Source: an uncultured Rhizobium sp. (GTDB taxonomy: Bacteria > Bacteroidota > Bacteroidia > NS11-12g > UBA955). From it: a stretch of DNA of 64,000 nucleotides. The stretch's first letter is position 1. Every line of letters begins with the position of its first letter. The notes under the pieces were generated by a model. It searched no databases and was not told the DNA's origin. It saw only the letters and a program-made list of their open reading frames with translations. The stretch lies in assembly GCA_964408945.1 (NCBI GenBank), contig CAYPBJ010000007.1, positions 8,684 through 72,683 of the forward strand, written 5' to 3'. The translations under genes and the position numbers were made by a program. Positions 56,621 through 64,000 of this stretch are shown here, piece by piece.

Positions 56621-59600
56621 ATGTTGGAGCAACAAGTCTATGTTCCGGTAAACAAGGTACGCATTGTAACGGCGGCTAGTTTATTCGACGGACACGACGC
56701 AGCGATTAACGTTATGCGTAGAATCATCCAGTCAACAGGATGCGAAGTGATTCATTTAGGTCATGATAGAAGCGTTTTGGAAGTGGTAGATACTGCCATC
56801 CAAGAAGATGCAAATGCCATTGCCATGACTAGTTACCAAGGCGGTCATATTGAATACTTTAAGTATATGTATGACTTGCTAAAGGAGCGCGGGGCTTCCC
56901 ACATCAAGATTTTTGGCGGCGGTGGCGGAGTTATCCTTCCTGAAGAAATCAAAGAATTGATGGATTACGGCATCACTCGCATTTACTCGCCAGATGACGG
57001 AAGAGAGATGGGACTTCAAGGCATGATCAACGATTTGGTTCAGAAAAGTGATTTCCCCACCGGTCATAAGCTCAATGGTGAAGTCAAAAAGGTAATAGAT
57101 CGTGACGGAGACTCTATGTCAATTGCAAGAATCATCACGGCGGCTGAAAATTATTCTGAGTTGCATGCATCGGTATTGGCCGAAATGCGCGACAAAGCGG
57201 CAGATATTAAAGTTCCAGTGTTGGGCATAACTGGAACGGGTGGTGCTGGTAAAAGCAGTTTGATTGACGAGGTTGTTCGCAGGTTCTTATTGGATTTTTC
57301 TGATAAGAAAATGGCCATCATTTCAATAGATCCCTCTAAGAGAAAAACAGGTGGAGCTTTGTTAGGAGATAGAATTCGCATGAATTCCATCAATCATCCT
57401 AGGGTATATATGCGCTCAATGGCTACGCGTCAAGCGAATTTGGCCATGAGTTCACACATTGATGATGCCGTTGACATTTTAAAGGTAGCGGGTTATGATT
57501 TAATCATTGTTGAAACCAGCGGTATAGGACAAAGCGATACGCAAATTACTGAGCATTGCGATGTAGCTCTTTACGTGATGACCCCTGAATACGGAGCAGC
57601 AACCCAACTTGAAAAAATTGATATGTTGGATTATGCTGACGTGGTTGCTCTCAATAAATTTGATAAACGCGGTGCATTGGATGCATTGCGTGACGTTCGT
57701 AAGCAGTTCCAACGAAATCATAAATTGTTTGAAGCTGACGTTGATACCATGCCCGTTTTTGGAACCATTGCATCTCAATTCAATGATCCAGGCATGAACA
57801 GTTTGTACCGTTGTTTGATGGATACAATTTCAGCTAAAACCGGTGCTAATATTGGAAGCAACTGGAAGTCAGACAATGAATTGAGTGAAAAAATATTCAT
57901 CATCCCTCCGGCTAGAAATCGTTATCTTTCTGAGATTTCAGAAAACAATAGAGCTTACAACGCCACCGGTAAGGCTCAACAAAAGATTGCTCAACGAATG
58001 TATGCGATCAACGAAACGTTGAAGCAGATTACAGAGAGCGGAACTTCGTCAGATGTTTTAACTGTTGAGTTGAACCGGTTGTACGAACAATTGAACGATC
58101 AATTATCCCCAGAAAACAAGAAACTCATTTCGGATTGGGCAGAAGAGGCTCAAAAGTACCGCAATGAAGATTACATTTTCAAAGTGCGTGACAAGGAATT
58201 GCGCATTAAAACGCATACCGAAAGTTTGAGTCATTCGCAAATTCCAAAAGTTTCTACTCCGAAGTACGAAGCATGGGGAGATATTTTGCATTGGCGTTTG
58301 CAGGAGAATTTGCCGGGTCAATTCCCTTACACAGCTGGAATTTACCCATTCAAACGCGAAGGCGAAGATCCCACGCGAATGTTTGCCGGTGAAGGCAGTC
58401 CCGAAAGAACCAATCGTCGTTTTCACTATGTGAGTCAGGATATGCCCGCTAAACGCTTGAGTACGGCATTTGATTCAGTGACTTTATACGGTAGAAATCC
58501 AGATCTCAGACCAGATATTTACGGTAAAATTGGAAACTCAGGGGTGAGCATTTGTTGTTTGGATGACGCAAAAAAGCTTTACAGTGGATTCAATTTGGCT
58601 GACCCCATGACATCAGTATCGATGACCATTAATGGTCCGGCGCCCATGTTGCTGGGATATTTTATGAATGCTGCCATTGATCAACAATGTGAATTATACA
58701 TCAGAAAAAATGGCTTAGAGTCGGAGATTAATGCTAAAATTGATGCCATTTATGCGGCTAAAGGACTTTCCCGCCCGGTTTACCATGGCGATTTACCTAA
58801 GGGTAATGACGGCTTGGGTTTGATGCTTTTAGGTGTAACTGGTGATCAAGTTCTTTCAGCAGATGTCTACAATGAAATTAAAAATTGGACCTTATCTCAA
58901 GTGAGAGGTACCGTTCAAGCCGATATTTTAAAGGAAGATCAAGCGCAAAATACCTGTATTTTTTCTACTGAATTCGCTTTGCGATTGATGGGAGATGTAC
59001 AAGAATATTTCATTCACAATAAGGTTCGTAATTTTTACTCTGTGAGTATTAGCGGATACCACATCGCTGAAGCGGGAGCGAATCCTATTTCTCAATTGGC
59101 ATTCACTTTGGCTAACGGATTCACTTATGTTGAATATTACTTAAGTCGTGGAATGCACATTGATGATTTTGCACCCAACTTGAGTTTCTTCTTTAGCAAT
59201 GGAGTAGATCCTGAATACGCAGTTATTGGTCGTGTTGCTCGAAGAATTTGGGCCAAAGCCATGAAGAATAAATACGGTGGAAACGCTCGTTCACAGATGT
59301 TGAAATACCACATTCAAACATCGGGAAGAAGTTTGCACGCGCAAGAAATTGACTTTAACGATATCCGTACCACATTACAAGCATTGTATGCAATCTACGA
59401 TAACTGTAATTCTCTGCATACCAATGCTTATGATGAAGCTATCACTACTCCTACAGAAGAAAGCGTTCGTCGTGCAATGGCCATTCAGTTGATTATAAAC
59501 AAGGAATTGGGATTGGCAAAGAATGAGAATCCAATTCAAGGTTCATTTATCATTGAAGAATTGACTGATTTGGTAGAGGAGGCGGTATTGTCAGAATTTG

Positions 59601-60004
59601 ACCGCATCACAGAACGTGGCGGTGTTCTTGGAGCCATGGAGACCATGTATCAACGCGGCAAAATCCAAGAAGAAAGCCTTTATTATGAAACCCTAAAACA
59701 TACGGGTGAATATCCTATCATTGGAGTTAATACATTCTTGAGCAGCAAAGGTTCACCAACAGTTAGACCAGGCGAGGTTATTCGAAGCACTGAGGAAGAA
59801 AAGCAACAGCAAATTGACACCGTACACTTGGTAAAGAGGATGTACGGTGAGAATGCAGAACGCAATTTCAAAGACCTCCAGATAGCGGCTATTCGCAACG
59901 AGAATATGTTTGCTCAAATCATGGAAGCCGCGAAATTCTGCACCCTTGGTCAGCTCACAGAATCCATGTTTGAGGTTGGTGGGCAGTACCGGAGAAATAT
60001 GTGA
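56621..60004 (+). CDS. icmF: Fused isobutyryl-CoA mutase (B12-binding domain, MeaB-like G-protein, mutase barrel)
   Basis: The N-terminal B12 domain has [13 protein letters not shown]. The central P-loop is [13 protein letters not shown], with NKFD. The C-terminal ~550 aa look like a methylmalonyl/isobutyryl-CoA mutase substrate domain. 1127 aa in total. Confidence 0.85.
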   Translation: MLEQQVYVPVNKVRIVTAASLFDGHDAAINVMRRIIQSTGCEVIHLGHDRSVLEVVDTAIQEDANAIAMTSYQGGHIEYFKYMYDLLKERGASHIKIFGGGGGVILPEEIKELMDYGITRIYSPDDGREMGLQGMINDLVQKSDFPTGHKLNGEVKKVIDRDGDSMSIARIITAAENYSELHASVLAEMRDKAADIKVPVLGITGTGGAGKSSLIDEVVRRFLLDFSDKKMAIISIDPSKRKTGGALLGDRIRMNSINHPRVYMRSMATRQANLAMSSHIDDAVDILKVAGYDLIIVETSGIGQSDTQITEHCDVALYVMTPEYGAATQLEKIDMLDYADVVALNKFDKRGALDALRDVRKQFQRNHKLFEADVDTMPVFGTIASQFNDPGMNSLYRCLMDTISAKTGANIGSNWKSDNELSEKIFIIPPARNRYLSEISENNRAYNATGKAQQKIAQRMYAINETLKQITESGTSSDVLTVELNRLYEQLNDQLSPENKKLISDWAEEAQKYRNEDYIFKVRDKELRIKTHTESLSHSQIPKVSTPKYEAWGDILHWRLQENLPGQFPYTAGIYPFKREGEDPTRMFAGEGSPERTNRRFHYVSQDMPAKRLSTAFDSVTLYGRNPDLRPDIYGKIGNSGVSICCLDDAKKLYSGFNLADPMTSVSMTINGPAPMLLGYFMNAAIDQQCELYIRKNGLESEINAKIDAIYAAKGLSRPVYHGDLPKGNDGLGLMLLGVTGDQVLSADVYNEIKNWTLSQVRGTVQADILKEDQAQNTCIFSTEFALRLMGDVQEYFIHNKVRNFYSVSISGYHIAEAGANPISQLAFTLANGFTYVEYYLSRGMHIDDFAPNLSFFFSNGVDPEYAVIGRVARRIWAKAMKNKYGGNARSQMLKYHIQTSGRSLHAQEIDFNDIRTTLQALYAIYDNCNSLHTNAYDEAITTPTEESVRRAMAIQLIINKELGLAKNENPIQGSFIIEELTDLVEEAVLSEFDRITERGGVLGAMETMYQRGKIQEESLYYETLKHTGEYPIIGVNTFLSSKGSPTVRPGEVIRSTEEEKQQQIDTVHLVKRMYGENAERNFKDLQIAAIRNENMFAQIMEAAKFCTLGQLTESMFEVGGQYRRNM

Positions 60005-60200
60005 TTATAGTCCATAGTCTGTAGCCCGAAGCCCGAAGACCAAAGACCAAAGACCAAAGTCCATAGTCGATAGTCGATAGTCGATAGTCGATAGTAAGGG
60101 ACTACAGACAACAGACTTTGGACTGCAGACTACAGACTACAGACTAGTGACCAGAGTCCCGGTACCCGTTACCCGTTACCTGCTACCCGGTAGATGGTAC
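60005..60200. repeat. Heptanucleotide-register array D (28 units, 196 nt)
   Basis: Parses without a phase slip from the base after the icmF stop to the base before the rhodanese stop. The two halves are approximately reverse-complementary (see findings). Confidence 0.95.
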
Positions 60201-60605
60201 CTATTTACATGGTGCGTTTTGCCAAGGACCGGCGTTGCTTACGTCTTTGAAGCCTTTTGATTCAAGCAACTCTTTTGCCTTGCCTGCACGTCCGCCGCTG
60301 CGGCACACTAAAACAATTTTATCATAGCCGCGGAGCGATTCCATTTTGCTTTCAAGTTCGTTGAGGGGGATCAGTGTGGTGCAATCTGCGTGACCGTCGT
60401 TGGTCCATTCTTCGGGGGTGCGAACATCTACAATGATGGTTTTTCCAGTTTTAGTGGTGTCATTAGGATTTGCAGTTTCTGAAATGACTGAAGCGGTGTT
60501 GGAATTTGGGGTTTCTGAGTTTGCAGAATTTGTGGTTGTTGAGCTACAGCTGATGGCGTATAATGAGGAAGCCATCATTAAAAGTGCGAATGCGATTTTT
60601 TTCAT
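60201..60605 (-). CDS. Rhodanese-domain lipoprotein
   Basis: Lipoprotein signal SLYAISC. Active-site loop CRSGGRAGKA. ATG c60605 preferred over c60620. Confidence 0.8.
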   Translation of the reverse strand: MKKIAFALLMMASSLYAISCSSTTTNSANSETPNSNTASVISETANPNDTTKTGKTIIVDVRTPEEWTNDGHADCTTLIPLNELESKMESLRGYDKIVLVCRSGGRAGKAKELLESKGFKDVSNAGPWQNAPCK

Positions 60606-60687
60606 AATGGCGAAGTTCATCTTTTTTTTGTGGATTTGCGGTGACTAAAATCACTTAACAATATAATTAGTCGCAGGTGTGGCCACC

Positions 60688-60695
60688 TATATTTG
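60688..60695 (+). promoter_or_regulatory. -7 box TATATTTG, 1 nt upstream of the tex ATG
   Basis: Perfect TAnnTTTG match. The spacing is too tight for a standard transcription start, so either the promoter call or the start codon is uncertain. Confidence 0.3.
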
Positions 60696-60696
60696 T

Positions 60697-62835
60697 ATGG
60701 TGGAACTAAGAATATCAGAATTGTTGGGATTAAAGCCTTGGCAGGTAAAGGCTGTGTTGGATTTGATTTCGGAAGGGGCAACGGTACCGTTTATGGCCCG
60801 ATATAGAAAAGAGAAAACGGGGAACTTAGACGAGGTTGAAATTGGTAAGATCAAAGATGAAGCCGAACGTATTGATGTCCTCGAGAAAAGAAAACAAACC
60901 GTTTTAGATAAAATTGAGGAGCTTGGAAAGTTGACTCCAGAATTGAAGTCAGCCATTGAAAATTGTATAGATATTAGTCAGGTAGAGGATTTGTATTTGC
61001 CTTATAAAGCAAGGAGAAAGACGCGGGCAGATGTTGCTCGAGAAAAGGGGCTGGAACCTTTGGCGAAGGAGGTTTTTGAACAAAAAAATCAGAGAATTCT
61101 GCAACAACTTGATCAATTTATCAATGATCAGGTAGCCTCAGAGGAAGATGCTTTGGCTGGTGCTCGAGATATTATTGCGGAATGGATCAATGAAGATGTA
61201 GAGGTTAGGGCGCAGTTGAGGGACTTGTTTGAGAGCCAAGCAACGATTTCCTGTAAGGCGGCAAGAGGTAAAAAAGATGATGATGAAGCTCAGAAATTTA
61301 GGGACTATTTTGAACATAGCGAACTTTTGAAAAGATGTCCATCGCATCGGTTTTTGGCCATGAATAGAGGCGTTGATTTAGGGTTTTTGAAGGTCAGTGT
61401 AGAGCCCGATGAAGAGTGTGCAATTGCGCTTTTGAAAAGAAAGTTTTTGAAGGGATATTCAGATTTGACAGATCATGTGAAGACCGCCATGATTGATGCT
61501 TATTCGCGTTTGTTGCAACCCAGTTTGGAAAACGAAATGATATCTTTATTGAAGGAGAAATCAGATGAAGATGCGATTTCGGTATTTGCGTTGAATGCGC
61601 AGCAATTGCTGTTGGCATCGCCAGTTGGGCAAAAACCCCTGTTGGCCTTGGATCCGGGATTTAGAACGGGCTGCAAGTTGGTTTGCCTATCTGCGACGGG
61701 TGATTTGGTATTTAATTCAACGATTTATCCGCATGAACCTCAAAGGGAAGTGGTGAAATCCAAACAGATATTATTTGAAGCGATTAAAAAATACGGAGTT
61801 GAGGCTATTGCAATCGGAAATGGAACGGCCGGAAGAGAAACCTTATCTTTTGTGAATGAAGCATTGGGCGAGGCAAAGATGTCATCGGAGGTTTCGGTCT
61901 ATATGGTTAATGAGGCAGGGGCGAGTATATACAGTGCATCGGAAGTTGCTAGAGAGGAGTTTCCGAATCAAGATGTAACGGTGCGCGGTGCTATAAGTAT
62001 TGGTAGAAGATTGATGGATCCGTTGGCTGAATTGGTAAAGATTGATCCTAAAAGCATAGGAGTTGGTCAATACCAACACGATGTGAATCAAGCGTTGTTA
62101 ACCAAACGTTTGCAGTCTGTAGTTGAGTCGGCAGTGAATAAAGTAGGAGTGAATTTGAATACAGCGAGCAAACATTTGCTATCTTATGTGAGTGGCTTGG
62201 GACCTTCGTTGGCGCAGAATATTGTGAATTACAGAAAGGAGAATGGAGCGTTTAAGAGCCGAGCTGAATTGAAGAAAGTACCTCGTTTGGGCGATAAAGC
62301 CTTTGAACAATGTGCAGGATTTTTGCGTGTAAGAGATGGTAAAAATCCGTTAGACAATTCATCGGTTCACCCAGAAAGATATGCGGTTGTTGAACAGATG
62401 AGTAAGGACATGGGTGTGAAGGTAAATGAGTTGATTGGACGCGAAGAGTTGGTGTCGAAAATAGAGGCTAAGAACTATGTTAATGAAAAGGAAAGTTTGG
62501 GGTTGTTGACGCTTCAAGATATCCTTCAGGAGCTAAAAAAACCTGGTTTAGATCCACGGGGAGAAGCGCAGAATATAGTGTTTGAAGACGGGGTGAAGTC
62601 TATCAATGACCTGGAGATTGGAATGGAACTTAACGGAATAGTTACCAATGTAACCAACTTCGGAGCATTCGTAGATATTGGTGTGAAACAAGATGGGTTG
62701 GTTCATATCAGTCAACTTTCAAAGCAGTTTATCAAGCATCCATCGGAGGCGGTTTCTTTAGGACAGCAGATTAAAGTGCGGGTTACTGAGGTTGATTTGC
62801 AGCGCAAGAGAATCGGGCTTACGGCGAAGTTTTAG
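60697..62835 (+). CDS. tex: Tex-family transcription accessory protein (S1 RNA-binding domain)
   Basis: N-terminal EGATVPFMARYRKE, a YqgF-like middle region, HhH motifs, and a C-terminal S1 domain (GIVTNVTNFGAFVDIG). Confidence 0.9.
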   Translation: MVELRISELLGLKPWQVKAVLDLISEGATVPFMARYRKEKTGNLDEVEIGKIKDEAERIDVLEKRKQTVLDKIEELGKLTPELKSAIENCIDISQVEDLYLPYKARRKTRADVAREKGLEPLAKEVFEQKNQRILQQLDQFINDQVASEEDALAGARDIIAEWINEDVEVRAQLRDLFESQATISCKAARGKKDDDEAQKFRDYFEHSELLKRCPSHRFLAMNRGVDLGFLKVSVEPDEECAIALLKRKFLKGYSDLTDHVKTAMIDAYSRLLQPSLENEMISLLKEKSDEDAISVFALNAQQLLLASPVGQKPLLALDPGFRTGCKLVCLSATGDLVFNSTIYPHEPQREVVKSKQILFEAIKKYGVEAIAIGNGTAGRETLSFVNEALGEAKMSSEVSVYMVNEAGASIYSASEVAREEFPNQDVTVRGAISIGRRLMDPLAELVKIDPKSIGVGQYQHDVNQALLTKRLQSVVESAVNKVGVNLNTASKHLLSYVSGLGPSLAQNIVNYRKENGAFKSRAELKKVPRLGDKAFEQCAGFLRVRDGKNPLDNSSVHPERYAVVEQMSKDMGVKVNELIGREELVSKIEAKNYVNEKESLGLLTLQDILQELKKPGLDPRGEAQNIVFEDGVKSINDLEIGMELNGIVTNVTNFGAFVDIGVKQDGLVHISQLSKQFIKHPSEAVSLGQQIKVRVTEVDLQRKRIGLTAKF

Positions 62836-62843
62836 TACCTTTG
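62836..62843 (+). promoter_or_regulatory. -7 box TACCTTTG, 4 nt upstream of the hutU ATG
   Basis: Perfect TAnnTTTG match, immediately after the tex stop. Confidence 0.45.
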
Positions 62844-62847
62844 TATT

Positions 62848-64000
62848 ATGTCAAGCGAAAAGATATCAGGTCCAAGGCCGGTGAAATCGCCAACCGGCAA
62901 TCAGTTGGTTTGCAAAGGCTGGGTTCAAGAGGCGGCATATAGAATGTTGCACAATAATTTAGATCCAGATGTAGCCGAGCGTCCCGAAGATTTGATTGTT
63001 TACGGTGGATTGGGAAAAGCGGCCCGCAACTGGGAGGCTTTTGACAATATTTGTAAGGCATTGATTGATTTGAACGACAATGAAACATTGATGATTCAAA
63101 GCGGTAAGCCGGTAGCGATTTTACCGACGCATAAAGATGCTCCTAGGGTATTGATTAGCAATAGTCAGTTGGTTCCTAATTGGGCTAATTGGGATCATTT
63201 CAGAGAGTTAGAGGCCAAAGGATTGATGATGTACGGTCAAATGACGGCCGGTAGTTGGATTTATATTGGTTCTCAGGGAATAGTTCAGGGCACTTATGAA
63301 ACCTATGCTGAATGTGCGCGCCAACATTTTGGTGGTACGTTAAAGGGTACATTGAATGTGACCGCAGGATTGGGAGGTATGGGTGGAGCTCAACCTTTGG
63401 CAATCACCATGAATGAAGGTGTGGCTTTGGTTGCGGAAGTGGAAGAATGGCGCATTAGAAAGCGTTTGGAAACCCGTTACTTAGACGTCATGTGTCGGGA
63501 AATTGATGATGCCATTGATAAAGCTTTGATAGCTAAGAAGGAAGGTGCAGGTGTGAGTATTGGGGTTTTATGCAATGCGGTTGATTTGCTCTCGAGGATG
63601 TTGGAACGCGGAATTATTCCAGATACATTAACTGATCAGACATCGGCGCACGATCCTTTAATTGGTTATTATCCCGAAGGGATGGACGTTGAAGCCGCTG
63701 ATAGATTGAGAAAAAATGACCCTGAAAAATACGTTGATTTGAGTTACAACACCATGGCGAGACACGTTGAGCTGATGTTGGAAATGCAACAAAAAGGCGC
63801 AATCGTATTTGACTACGGGAATAATTTGAGAGGTAGAGCTTTGGAGCGTGGAGTGAAAAATGCCTTTGATTTTCCCGGATTTGTACCTGCTTATATTCGT
63901 CCGTTGTTCTGCCAAGGTAAAGGTCCATTTAGGTGGGTTGCTTTGAGCGGTGATCCTGAGGATATTTACAAGACAGATAAGAAAATTTTAGAGTTGTTTC
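62848..64000 (+). CDS. hutU: Urocanate hydratase (N-terminal 384 aa; continues beyond right edge)
   Basis: Not in the ORF track (no in-window stop). My translation reads [54 protein letters not shown]...[12 protein letters not shown]...DQTSAHDPL..., which is canonical urocanase. Confidence 0.9.
   Translation, partial: MSSEKISGPRPVKSPTGNQLVCKGWVQEAAYRMLHNNLDPDVAERPEDLIVYGGLGKAARNWEAFDNICKALIDLNDNETLMIQSGKPVAILPTHKDAPRVLISNSQLVPNWANWDHFRELEAKGLMMYGQMTAGSWIYIGSQGIVQGTYETYAECARQHFGGTLKGTLNVTAGLGGMGGAQPLAITMNEGVALVAEVEEWRIRKRLETRYLDVMCREIDDAIDKALIAKKEGAGVSIGVLCNAVDLLSRMLERGIIPDTLTDQTSAHDPLIGYYPEGMDVEAADRLRKNDPEKYVDLSYNTMARHVELMLEMQQKGAIVFDYGNNLRGRALERGVKNAFDFPGFVPAYIRPLFCQGKGPFRWVALSGDPEDIYKTDKKILELF

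Noticed and set aside
60068-60095. A functional link between the UAG-N4-UAG repeats and the hutU gene at the right edge (HutP-type antitermination)
   Set aside because: HutP is a Bacillus-type regulator. The array is about 2.7 kb upstream of hutU, separated from it by the opposite-strand rhodanese gene and by tex, and hutU has its own -7 box. I keep only the general idea of a periodic binding protein.
60005-60200. The heptad arrays as CRISPR arrays or as coding repeats
   Set aside because: The units are 7 nt with no spacers, there are no cas genes, and no frame stays open with a plausible start. They are not CRISPR and not coding.

Overview
AT-rich, densely packed chromosomal segment. It looks like Bacteroidota, probably Flavobacteriia: it has T9SS-type C-terminal sorting domains, an XrtF-type exosortase pair, a 287-aa primary sigma factor and TAnnTTTG promoter boxes. 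I count about 60 protein genes and one tRNA-Phe. Most are core functions: sdhCAB, ribE, grpE-dnaJ, menB, adk, mnmA, rpoD, feoAB, an M1 aminopeptidase, aroE, ahcY, parE, the fused B12 mutase IcmF, tex and a partial hutU. The rest are mainly predicted outer-membrane or secreted proteins, an ECF sigma module, and transporters (MATE, ChrA, DedA). Two large genes run off the window edges and are missing from the ORF track: 1..2564 (-) and hutU 62848..64000 (+). I see no transposase, integrase, phage gene, CRISPR array, toxin-antitoxin pair or recognisable defence gene, so this is not an obvious accessory island. Four signals are not explained by ordinary annotation. (1) Four arrays of strictly phased 7-nt units (65 units in total) sit at gene 3' ends; three of them fill convergent spacers, and two can fold as periodic imperfect hairpins. 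They resemble cyanobacterial STRR repeats. (2) Perfect TAnnTTTG -7 boxes end 1-11 nt upstream of 14 start codons, which predicts widespread leaderless or near-leaderless mRNAs. (3) An XrtF exosortase pair of unknown substrate is translationally coupled to a beta-barrel-like protein. (4) An unlisted 38-codon lipoprotein-like ORF lies upstream of ahcY. All product calls come from motif and family recognition by eye; no searches were run. Start codons I moved away from the ORF track are noted in the evidence.
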